From the human T2T-CHM13v2.0 reference genome, Homo sapiens, in NCBI RefSeq assembly GCF_009914755.1, contig NC_060938.1: 64,000 nucleotides of DNA. One strand, written 5' to 3'. Position 1 is the first letter of the stretch; each line of letters opens with the position of its first letter. The notes below the pieces were generated by a model, which had not been told where the DNA came from, made no database searches, and saw nothing but the letters and a program-made list of their open reading frames with translations. A program made the position numbers and the translations under genes. Shown piece by piece: positions 53,508 through 64,000 of the stretch.

Positions 53508-54473
53508 GTCAGCTCGGTGCCCTTCCTTGGAGCTGCCGGCCACCAGCAGAGCCTACCCTCTTCATGGAAAGCCTCGTGCAGTGGCCCCCTGGTGATGGCA
53601 TCCGACAGTGATGTGAAGATGCTGCTGAACTTCGTGAACCTGGCGTCCAGCGACATCAAGGCAGCCCTGGATAAGTCCGCACCCTGCCGCCGCTCCGTGG
53701 ACCATCGCAAGTACCTGCAGAAGCAGCTCAAGCGCTTCTCCCAGAAGTATTCCCGGCTCCCGCGGGGCCTTCCTGGCAGAGCTGCTGAGCCCTACCTGAA
53801 AAGGGGGTCTGAGGACCGGCCCAGGAGGCTGCTCCTGGATTTGGGCCCTGATTCCAGCCCCGGCGGGGGTGGGGGCTGCAAGGAGAAGGTGCTGAGGAAC
53901 CCCTACAGGGAGGAATGTCTTGCTAAGGAGCAGCTCCCACAGAGGCAGCATCCAGAAGCTGCCCAGCCTGGCCAGGTGCCCATGAGGAAAAGACAGCTGC
54001 CCGCTTCCTTCTGGGAAGAGCCAAGGCCCACCCACAGCTACCATGTGGGGCTGGAGGGGGGACTGGGCCCCAGGGAGGGACCTCCCTATGAGGGTAAGAA
54101 AAATTGCAAGGGCTTGGAGCCCCTGGGACCTGAGACTACCCTGGTGTCCATGTCTCCAAGGGCCCTGGCTGAAAAGGAGCCGCTCAAGATGCCTGGGGTC
54201 TCCTTGGTGGGCCGCGTCAATGCCTGGAGTTGCTGCCCCTTCCAGTACCATGGACAGCCCATCTATCCGGGCCCCCTGGGGGCACTGCCTCAGAGTCCTG
54301 TCCCCAGCCTGGGCCTTTGGAGGAAGAGCCCAGCCTTTCCCGGGGAGCTGGCGCACCTCTGCAAGGATGTGGACGGCCTGGGGCAGAAGGTGTGCAGGCC
54401 CGTGGTGCTGAAACCCATCCCCACCAAGCCAGCCGTGCCCCCACCCATCTTCAATGTCTTTGGCTACCTCTAG
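53508..54473 (+). CDS. FAM181A: FAM181A main coding exon; short isoform starts at ATG 53595 (MASDSDVK..., 292 aa)
   Basis: Pyrimidine-rich acceptor ctgttttgtcccccAG|GTC ending 53507. ORF contains LLNFVNLASSDIKAALDK...DHRKYLQKQLKRF and VPMRKRQLPASFWEEP. ATG 53595 has strong context (GTG ATG G). TAG ends at 54473. Confidence 0.96.
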   Translation, partial: VSSVPFLGAAGHQQSLPSSWKASCSGPLVMASDSDVKMLLNFVNLASSDIKAALDKSAPCRRSVDHRKYLQKQLKRFSQKYSRLPRGLPGRAAEPYLKRGSEDRPRRLLLDLGPDSSPGGGGGCKEKVLRNPYREECLAKEQLPQRQHPEAAQPGQVPMRKRQLPASFWEEPRPTHSYHVGLEGGLGPREGPPYEGKKNCKGLEPLGPETTLVSMSPRALAEKEPLKMPGVSLVGRVNAWSCCPFQYHGQPIYPGPLGALPQSPVPSLGLWRKSPAFPGELAHLCKDVDGLGQKVCRPVVLKPIPTKPAVPPPIFNVFGYL

Positions 54474-54887
54474 CCACGCGGAGAGGGCCTCAGCCCCCAC
54501 CTCTGGCCTGCAGGAGTGTCGAGGTCCCCGAGGCGCTCTCCTGTGAGGAGGTGGCTGGGCCACAGTGTGGCCTCTTCCGTTTGTGTGCGCATGGGAGTGG
54601 AGGGCAGGATTGGGGCAGGGCTCCTCAGGCAGTGACCCTTCAGCCTTGCAGCCTTGGAAGCTGGGAGGCTGGACCTGGTTGGCCCCTCCCCAGGCAGGCC
54701 AGGGCCCAGCAGCTTGTCCCGCTGTCCCTGTGCAGACCATAGGTACTGGGATGTTGCCCTTCCTTGCCTTGCAGTCACCCCAGAAGCCAGAGAGACGCAT
54801 CTGTTTACCTGCCACCCACTCTGCGAGCCAATCTCAGTTGTTGTTCTTGTTCTTCTTGTTCTTTGTAAATATTGAGAAAGTTAAAAG

Positions 54888-54893
54888 AATAAA
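54888..54893 (+). terminator. FAM181A: FAM181A polyadenylation signal
   Basis: AATAAA ~415 nt after the stop, U-rich upstream (ttgttcttgttctt) and U/GU-rich downstream. Confidence 0.85.
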
Positions 54894-57800
54894 GACATTT
54901 CTTTTGGAGTTTCCATATCTTGGGTGTCATGAAGTTGAATGAGCCCCACCCAGGCTGAGGGCTGCTGGCAGAGGTGGCTGGTTTCAGGGAGGCCAGGAGC
55001 GGCTGAAACCTCTGAGATATCCGGGAATGGGCGCTGGGGGCCAAGATCTTGGTTCAAAGGAAGGAGGGTGAGGAGGGGAGCGGAGGAGCCACTAGGGAAG
55101 GACATGCTGGCGTGGACCCCCAAGGGGGTCCAACGTGCTCTGGAGAATAGGTGCTGGAACCAGGGGAGGTGGGGCTGCAGTATCAGCGCCGCCCTGTGCT
55201 GTGCGGCCAGACGCTTCCTCTGGGGGTCTCCTTGCCCCACCTGCAGGACAGTGAGATGAGAATGGGTCTCTCTGCAGTGTCTTCTGCTCTGTGTACAGCC
55301 GCAGGGCAGCCTCTGTGCCAAGGTGGTTGTGCCCAACTCTGGTCAGAGGGAAAATCAGGCCAAACAGGAGTTTGGTCCCTGTGGACAAAACAGGGGGCTT
55401 GACCAAATTGTTTCTCTTGTAAGCATGGTCTTGGAGTCTATGTCCATGGGGAAAATAAATCAATTTAAAAAATAATAGCGAATTCCCCTAAACCTCGTTC
55501 TCTCTGGCACATACAAAAGGATCCTCTCTAGCTAATTCAGACTCCAGGTTACCTGCTGATGGGTCTCTCCCCGGGCCTGGCACACACCAGGTGCCCCATC
55601 AATGGAATAATGAGGCCTCTGCCTGTGACAGTGCAGAGGGGAGCATTGGTGGCAGGAAGTGGCTCTGGATTTTGCCGTTAGTGTCCTACTAGCAAAGCTA
55701 CCTGAGGGGCCTCCACCTGCACACAGGCCCAGATTTTCTCTGCTGCTGTGGACGTGGCTCCACGGCTGAGAGAGGGTGGGCCTGCTGGCCTGCCGAGCTG
55801 CTTATTTTATCAGAACACAGTTTCCACAACTAAGAAGGGTGCAGCAGGCCAGTCCCGGCTGGGGACTACGGTGCTCTCATCAACAGCGTGATGCTGGACA
55901 AGTTAATCCTCACTCTGTGCCTCAGTCTCCTCATCTCTACAATGGGGGACTAGGAAACAGGTGCAACGACCTCTTCTTCACCCCAGGCAAGTGTTGGCTG
56001 GTTGCAGGATCCCTTCTTTGGAGTCCAGACATGGCCTCTGATTCTTCCTCATTAACACAGGATGCAGGATCCATGGTCACCAAGGGCCCCTCCTACTTGC
56101 CTTGTTTTACTCCAGGATTCCCCTGGCCTGGGGAGTCCCCTGGAGGGGCAGCCCCAGCCCCAGGAAGCCAGCCAGTGGTTTCTGTCCAATGGCCTCTGAA
56201 GACTTCAGAGCCACAGAAACAGGCATGGCCTGGGCAGAGCTGTTCAGAGTCATTATCTGGCCATGGGATGAGGACAGTCCTCAACCTAGACCCTCAGCCT
56301 CAGACTGCTCTGGTCTTAAAGAGCAGCAAGGGGCTGGGGGGTGGGGTACCCTCCTCTGCCCTCTGTGTGGCATCATGCAGGCCCTCTGGATCCATGTCGA
56401 TGAGCCTCAGCTCCCTGCAAACTGCATAGCAGCGGTTTAAATGCCTGCATCCTAGCCTGCCATCTATCAGCTGTGCAATCTTGGGAAAGTTACTTAACCT
56501 CTCCGTGCTGAAATTTCCTCATTTGAAGAATGTGATTGATAACAGACCTGCTGTATAGGCTGTTGTGAGGCCAATGTGAGTGCTCGGCCCACTGTGCTAC
56601 CCAGATGCTCAAAAGCTTCACCAACCACAAGTCGCCTCTTGTAGTTATCTGGCGGTGTCTGTAGGTCCTGTCACGCTGACATTTTAATACCGTTTATGGG
56701 CTGTGCTGCCCAGGGAATAATGTGCCTGGACCACCCAACCAACCGCACCTGCTAGAGAGGACCTGAGCTCCAGAGGCACGTCTTAGTCTTAGACTAAGAT
56801 ATCTTAGTCTTTGGGGAGAAAGCTCTGGTCTCTCTGATAAGACTGGCCTGTCCCTGCTCACAGCCCCAGGGGGTACCTGATGATCCATCCATTCAAAAGT
56901 TGGGAAGCAGAAACCTCTACTAAGACATGGCCTGACAGAAGCCCCTGGCAACATGATGCCCCCACGTGGAAGCGAGGTAGGCAGAACACATGCATTTAGG
57001 AAAGCTTTGGTATTAAAAATCAGTTTTAAATCCCGCTGCAGTAACAACAGCAGATACTCCCCTAACCACAAAGTGAACGGCGCCGGTTCAAAGTAAAACC
57101 CAGAGCCAGTCCAGGCACACCTCCCCCTACCCCTTCACCATCCCCGACACCCACCGCTGGGTCAAACAGGCTCCTGTTCACAAAGGGGAATCTGTGCCAG
57201 ACTTTCAGGGCTGTGTCTACTATGCTGTGAGACGTCCCTGAGGCTGCAAACCTCTTGGGGCTGGGTAGGTGCGGCTGCAGGAGGGGCCCACTTCTACAGA
57301 GGGAGGTGGCTGTAAAGTGCTCTACGCAGGAGTGATGGTCAAAATACATAATGAATGGCACAATGTGAGCACTGACCAACTGGAACCAACCCATTGGAGC
57401 AGTCCCAGGCCAGGAATGAACCCCTTAGCTGCTGGGTTGTGGGAAGATGGGGGCAGGGACCTGAGGAGGCCAAGGCTGGGCATGGCGCTTGGGGGGAGGG
57501 GTCCTGAGCAGTGTTTGACTAAGTGGCATGGACGCATGTACATTAATATTCTAAGAACCCAAATGTAGCACTAGTGTGTCCCAGGCCAGGAGGTGCCACA
57601 TCCTGCAAATGGTGACTATAGAGAAAACAGTGGCTGAACCCCTCCCCTACACCTCCCACTCACCCCTTCGGCCTCACCTCCCCCAGAGTGGCACCTCCCT
57701 CAGACCAGCACACTGCCCTGCCCAGTGCCCGGGTCTCTGGGCTGGGAGATTTGTGGCTGCTGCCATAGGACTGTTTGGGACATAATGCGGCCCAGGAGAT

Positions 57801-58364
57801 GCTGTAGGTTAAGAGTCTGCCCAAGACGCATCTCAGTACACACACACGAAACAACTCACACACTGGCCCTGCGTGCCTCATTCCATCACCACCTGCCACC
57901 CCTCGGGTCAGTTTGACCAGCAGTCACCCGAGATGCAAATGCCCTCCCTTTGGCTTCTGGGTGAGCAAAGGCGTTCTTCCATCAGAGTCATGTGGGGTTT
58001 CAGAGTCAGCTCCCCTGGGAGCTGAACCCTCCTTGGCAATTTACCCTCTGGGCTCTCAGTGTTGGGCATCCCCCAGTGGGGGAGAGTGCAGGTTTCCTTT
58101 GGGGCTTTCTTAGGATCCCCGCAGGTTCTGCCTGGTATACAGCAAGGCCGCATGGGACTGTGGCCCAGCACTGTTGAGCTGGAACCCCAGGGACTTGCTG
58201 TGTGTGCCCAGGCAAGTCCCTTCCCCTCTCTGGGCCAGTTTCTCATTTGTACCACGAAGGGGTGGGCAAGACCTGGTTGAGCCCCCTTTGACCTGTGGCC
58301 ATAAAGTGCTGCTTGGAAGACTTTTTCTCTGGGAGTTACTGATTCCATAGAAGCCCAGTGTGTC

Positions 58365-58526
58365 TTTAGCCGGGCACAGTGTCATGCCCCTATAGTCCCA
58401 GCTACTTGGGAGGCTGAGGTGGGAGGATCACCTGAGCCCAGGAGGCGGAGGTTGCAATGAGCCAAGATCATGCCAGTGTATGTCAGCCTGGGTAGCAAAG
58501 TGAGACTCTGCCTCGAAAAAAAAAAA
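58365..58526 (+). mobile_element. Alu right monomer or 5'-truncated AluJ
   Basis: 16-bp TSD agaa(g/a)cccag(t/c)gtgtc. Confidence 0.9.
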
Positions 58527-59488
58527 AGAAACCCAGCGTGTCAGAGCCGGCAAGGCCACCAGGGGCCATCATGTCTCACTATACAGATGAGGAAACTGAG
58601 GCCCCAGAGATGTAAGCCAATGGCAGAGCTGAGCCTGGAACCAGTGCTCCCCTCCACCAATCTAGCTGCTTACTTTCCAAAGGCCAGAAACTACCTTTGA
58701 CCTTGTTTAAGACACTACTAGATCCTGGGGCTGGCCTAGTACAGACTCTCGGCCAGGTGGCCTGCTCCGGTGTTGCTGCAGAGTAGCCTGGACTCAGCGG
58801 CTTCATTCACACTTGTAAAGGGAGTGGTGATGAGTTACCGCAGCTTCCATGGAAATAGGGCATTCTACCTCTCAGCCCTCGGGGCCTGGAGAGACCCCCC
58901 AGAGTGCCACGTGGTGGCGAGCCTTAACTCTGCCCTGCACCACCTGAAAACAGGATGACAATTCCTGCTCTACTCAATCCACAGGGCCACATGAAGACAG
59001 AGGGAGGCACGCAGGGGCCAGAGCTCTGTGCACTCTCAGGCTTGGTGCCTTTGCAAGGGCTGACCATGGCCATCACTCTAGCACCATTGCTCACAGTGGC
59101 CAGTATTTAATTTTTTTTTCCTAGTTTCTCAACAACCAGCAAAACAGGGGTGAGCAGCGTGTGAAAACAGAGTGCCAGGAAACATGTATAAGACAACCCC
59201 AGGTGTCGGGAGACATGTGGGCCCTGAGACTGTGATGGAGTGCCTGTTTCCATGGTGATTGAACCAGGAGAGGAAAACCCATTGGGCCATCATCCGGTCT
59301 TGCCTGGGGAGTGAAGGACACAGCCTCTTGGGTCTTTCAGGAGCCCAAAGGTGACACGTTCAGGGGTCCTTGTGCCCCGTCCCCACATCTGCCTCGCTCC
59401 CGCTACTGCCAGGAGCAAGGCTGAGGACCTCAGGCTTCAGGGAGTCTGATGAGAGGGACTTCACTGGGCAGGTGTCACATGTGTAACA

Positions 59489-59494
59489 TTTATT
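59489..59494 (-). terminator. ASB2: ASB2 polyadenylation signal
   Basis: TTTATT on + is AATAAA on -, ~470 nt past the ASB2 stop. Confidence 0.8.
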
Positions 59495-59964
59495 ATATTA
59501 ATACTTAACAAAGCCCTCCAAGACCCAGGCTCCCCCTACCCCCTACCTTGGGCCACGTCTTCATCTTAGTCTTTGGAGAGAAAGCTCTGAAGTCAAGTGG
59601 TGAGTTTTCCAGAACAAGTGGAGGGGCACAGGGAAGGCTCTGAGCACCACCTTCCCCAGAACACCTCAAGCTCTGCCCTGGCCCCAGGAATAGAGGTTTC
59701 TGCCATTCCTGAAGGTAGAGAAGGTCTGGGATCTGCTCATCAGTTTGTAAACAAATGATTCTTCTCCTTGACACATTCTGTTCTCTGCTCTGGCCAAAGC
59801 TCTGGGCCCTGAGACCCAGTGAGATCCTGGTAGCTGTCCAGGCTGAGAGGGAGGCAGCCTGCAGCCTCGTCTGTCACCAGGTCCCCTTGGAGTTGGGAAC
59901 ACCGACGTCCTGAGACTTAGTAAGAAGAGTCTGAGGGGCTACTCCTCTCTCCCCGTGGCCCCAG

Positions 59965-60101
59965 TTACTGGGTGTTCTCGTATTTCAGGTATCTAATCAG
60001 CCTGCCTGGGAGCGGCAAGGTGTCTAGGAGTTTTATACGGTATTTCCCAATGGCCTTTCGAACCCGCAGTCGGCAAAGGTGAGCCAGAGGTCTTGGAGGT
60101 T
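59965..60101 (-). CDS. ASB2: ASB2 last coding exon, SOCS box (EPPRPLAHLCRLRVRKAIGKYRIKLLDTLPLPGRLIRYLKYENTQ*)
   Basis: Acceptor ttttttcAG|AA; G+AA completes Glu across the intron; BC-box LxxLCRxxV and Cul5-box LPLP; TAA at 59965-59967. Missed by the ORF track. Confidence 0.95.
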
Positions 60102-61753
60102 CTGAAAAAAGGAGGGAAAGACAGAGGCTGATTTGTCATTTGCAATAAGCAAAGGGATTGCATCTGTGACCCCAGCCTATGGGAGGTGCCCAGCTGATGT
60201 GGCTGGGTAAGAGAGGGAGTGCCTGCTGCTGGTCACCCCAGTCCCTGCCAACTAAAGAGATCCAGCAAGCCACCTTCCCATTGTTCACCCCTCATTGATC
60301 TGCACAGCCCACGCAGTGCACAGCGTGGTTAGCACACCCATTTCACAGGTGCGGAAACCGAGGCTTAGCAAGGTTCTGAGCCTTGCCCAGGATCCCTCCT
60401 GGGACTAGTGGTGGTGTCTCCCTCCTCTTGAGCCTCTTCCTCTTCACACACAGCCTGGGCCCCCAAACACAGCCTTAGCAATGGGGTCAGAGGGTTTGAC
60501 CACTTAAGTGCCCCTACATGTGGAATTCAACTTGGAGCTCCCAGTGGTGCTGAGAGGCCAGGATAAGGGGGCAGAGACTGACAGCTCGCCTCGAGCTCCA
60601 GAATCCCACCTGGCTGCCTCCCCCAGGAGCCACGTAGTGGAGTTTTCTGAGCTGGGGAGTGGGTAGAGGTAAGAGCAGGGATGAACGCATCCAGTAACGG
60701 AGTAATTAAAGGGCTTGTAGAATCACAGAATGTCATTCATTCATTCATTCATTCATTCACCAGGCGAATGCTGAGCCCCTCTGTTGCACCTAGCTCTGTG
60801 CTTGGGCCAGATATGCAGAGGTGCCTGCCCAGAGGCTCTAGTGGAGGCTTCCACAAGAGACGGTGCCCTCTGAGTGAGGTCCTGGGGGAGGGGCAGGAAT
60901 TTCCAGGTACGGAAGGGGGACAGGGGCATTCTAAGCAGGGAAAACAGCAAGTGGCAAGGCAAGGAAGTCATGCAAGCCTGGGGCTGGAGGGGCAGGTGGG
61001 ATGTGGAGCAAGGGCGGAGGGCCAGGCGGCTGCAGCGTTGCCTAGCGAAGCATTCACACACCCATCACTGTGTTTCTGACACTTCCACTGCCCTCTGAGT
61101 TCACTGCCTTCTGAGCTCAGATTTTTCTACCACATAGTACGCCAAAGAGCAGGGAAGCATCATTCCTGTTGCCCGGGCAGCTTGCCTGGTTAGTTCCTAT
61201 TACTATCTCCTAAATGCTGTGGTCTGGATAAAAAATAATGTGGTTACCTTGTACACAGAAGGTCTTGAATATATATTCATTTAATGGCTGAATTGGAATA
61301 ATTAATTACAGGCATTGAGGCCAGTTAGGACACTTTTTTAATAGTCCAGAAAATAGATGGGGAAACCCTTAGGTAACAAGCTTAGAACATAACCTCCCCT
61401 CTGGGAAACTCAGCACAGGCTGCTGGTGAGCAGAGGACACGGAACCATGAGGGCTGGGCTGGCCAATCCATGGGCTCTGGGTAGTTCCTTCCCAGAATAA
61501 GGATGTCAATGTTGTAGCATTAAACAAACAAGCTCGTGGGGACTGTCTTGCAGGTGGAAAGTGGGCTTTAAAGTAACCCAAATAGATATTGGTTAAGAAC
61601 GATTGGTTTTACTGGCTAACAAATGCGTACTCCACACTAAGGTCTCTGCAGGGATTTCCCTGGGGCATGGTTTAGTTGTGGGGGACCACCCTTCTCTAAG
61701 GAAGGCAGGAGAAGGTGACAGAATGGGTAGGACTGATACCTAGGCATAGACTG

Positions 61754-61772
61754 CTCCACCCTCTAGTGGCCA
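61754..61772 (-). promoter_or_regulatory. Candidate CTCF motif in the last ASB2 intron
   Basis: Minus strand TGGCCACTAGAGGGTGGAG matches the CTCF core CCAC(T/C)AG(A/G)GGG. Confidence 0.5.
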
Positions 61773-62481
61773 AGGATCGTGGTGACAGCAACTAATTATT
61801 CATTAGTTCCCTGAAGGTTTATCATGCGTCTAGAGTTAAGCCCTGAGTGAATGGGCAAGCTGACGCCTCCCTCCTCCATCACTGCCCCAGAAACTTTATC
61901 AAAGGCTTCAATTCAAGTGGCTTCCAGGCACCTGTGCCAATGAAAAATCCTACAGCACATTTGGGTTCACAGGGGTGTGGGGATCAAGGAGGAATGTGGT
62001 GAGTCAGAGTTGGGGCACAGGGGTGGGCCCCCCGAGGCTGCACAGTCCCACCTGGGGACAGGAGCAGTAGTGGTGGAATGACAATGACCTGCTGCAGGTC
62101 AGCCTCCTTGTAAACACTTGGCCAGGGCAGGACTGTGCCCTCAGAGCCAGAGAAAGCCCTAGGGTAGCTAGAATGCCACTGCACAGATACCCATTTCTGT
62201 CACCTGTGGCATCCTGTTTGCCCAGGTGAGCTCCAAAAATGCCTAAGAGGGATTCTGGCTTCCTCAGCCTGACTTAGCCAGGCAGCCCCATCTACTCTGC
62301 ACACATCAGAGGGACAGTGGCCGAACTCCACTTCACTGTGCCTGGCACAGTTCAGGCGGGTCCAGCTGAAAGGAGCTGGACAACGAGCCTGCCCAGGCCC
62401 CTCTGTTCAGGTGGGGAGAGGCCTCACCCAGCAAGGCCCTGGCAAGGCTGGCTCCAGGGTTCAGGGGCCTGTCTCCCACAC

Positions 62482-62633
62482 CAGGGTGTTCTGTGCACCA
62501 ACAGCCTTGGTGTCACCTGGGAGCCTGTTGAAATGCAGACTCCCCGGCCCCGCCCCAGACCTGCGGAATCAGAAGCTGCATTTTTAACAGGACACTCAGG
62601 TGCTTCATGTGCACTTTAGTTTGAGACATCCTA
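62482..62633. mobile_element. MER5A-like hAT MITE
   Basis: tcacctgggagcctgttgaaatgcagactcccc...cccagacct...gaatcagaagctgcatttttaaca. Confidence 0.8.
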
Positions 62634-63006
62634 GACCACCATCCTCCCCTCTCCCCTCCTACAATGCCTCTTGGTGGCCCCAAATCATTCACAACCTACC
62701 CTGAAGGTCCCGGTACCCCTCAGGGAGCTGTAGCTGTTTAAAACATCATGGAAAGATGTAGCGGAGAGACTCTGGGGTTGGTCAAACCTGGGTTTTAATC
62801 CCAGCTCTGCCACTAACTAACTGTGACTTTGGCCCAGGTGGCACAGCTCTCTGAGAGGCAGATTCCTCATGTTTCATCCAAGGAGTTACAGAGCCTGGCA
62901 AGCAGCAGGTGCTCACAGGGTTAGGAACAGTCGCACTCCCTGAGGCCTGGGACTCTGAGTCAGGCAGGGAGATCTGCCAGCCTTGGCAGCAGCAGCAAGT
63001 CCCTAC

Positions 63007-63160
63007 CTGCCTTCTCCTTGATGACGGCCCAGTCCTCAAAGCTGTCGATGTGTTCCTTCAGCCGCGAGCAGAGCTGCACGTTGCCCACGTAGTCCAGGAG
63101 GACATCGATGATGGGCCCCGCCCAGCGGCTCACCTCTGGGGCAGATACGAACTCACAGAA
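63007..63160 (-). CDS. ASB2: ASB2 penultimate coding exon (FCEFVSAPEVSRWAGPIIDVLLDYVGNVQLCSRLKEHIDSFEDWAVIKEKA)
   Basis: Acceptor tctctttcAG|TTC at 63160 and donor G|GTAGGG at 63007; 154 nt = 51 codons + 1, which matches the phase of the next exon. Confidence 0.93.
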
Positions 63161-63534
63161 CTGAAAGAGAACATGCCGGGACCAAGAAGTGAGTTCATCC
63201 CACCTGCAAGAGCCTGCGGCCAGGGACGGCAGCGGATGTGTCCAAGCACAGACACTGTGCACACCCAGGCTAGGATCCCCTGAACCATGTCCCCTCAACA
63301 CAGGCTTCTGCTGCCCAAAGTGGAAGACGGGCAACTTGAGCAAGTCACATCACCTCTGAGCCTCAATTTCCCTATCTATAAAATAGGTATATGAAACCAA
63401 CTCCAAGGGGATTTAACATGAGAATTAGGTAATATGAACATAAACTTTGCACACAGTAGGCAGCCCATGAATGATCGCCATTAACCATTAAAACAATGAG
63501 CTCCAGGAGAGGAGTGTGTCTAACTTCCTTTTAA

Positions 63535-63848
<314 letters not shown>

Positions 63849-64000
63849 AAGTTCTGACTTTTAAAGTAACAACATGGACGTGTCCTGCCTCTGGGTCGCT
63901 GGCTTTCTGCTTCTGACCTGACCCTACACCAGCCTGCTCTTGACATGCCTTTCCGGATCGTGCTTGTTTCACATCGCATTCCAGGTGTAGGTTTGCTGGA

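Noticed and set aside
52337-53611. Several 100-244 aa ORFs over the promoter
   Set aside because: Expected in GC-rich, stop-poor DNA; low-complexity products.
53694-53730. SVDHRKYL as a VGLL/Tondu-like second TEAD motif
   Set aside because: Spacing does not fit VxxHF.
53562-54815. 417-aa minus-strand ORF, the longest in the window
   Set aside because: Codon-aligned antisense shadow of the GC-rich FAM181A CDS, where TTA/CTA/TCA codons are rare; no recognisable domain.
55776-56429. 217-aa plus-strand ORF downstream of FAM181A
   Set aside because: Non-ATG start, runs through a MIR remnant, lies past the poly(A) signal, and has no recognisable homology.

Overview
Repeat-rich primate genomic DNA, recognisable as the human FAM181A/ASB2 locus (14q32). 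About 1-50 kb is intergenic or intronic and filled with Alu, MIR/L2, L1, ERV1/ERVL/MaLR solo LTRs, hAT and Tc2 DNA-transposon fossils and simple repeats; several are nested and keep their target-site duplications (TSDs). FAM181A lies on +: optional coding exon 50581-50679, CpG-rich promoter ~51.5-53 kb, main coding exon 53508-54473 (354 aa long or 292 aa short form, with a YAP-like TEAD-binding motif) and AATAAA at 54888. The last two exons of ASB2 (SOCS box) converge on it from the - strand. Splice and poly(A) signals support a divergent antisense lncRNA (FAM181A-AS1). I found no prokaryotic system, CRISPR array or RNA gene, and almost all entries in the ORF track are spurious. The most unusual signals are two short insertions (33963-34017 and 56777-56827), each a copy of unique sequence 2-3 kb away plus a perfect fold-back palindrome, a template-switching scar. 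Also notable are uORFs overlapping both FAM181A start codons and an RFX/RBPJ/NF-Y/SOX motif cluster at the promoter. Repeat family names come from remembered consensus sequences, not from a search.
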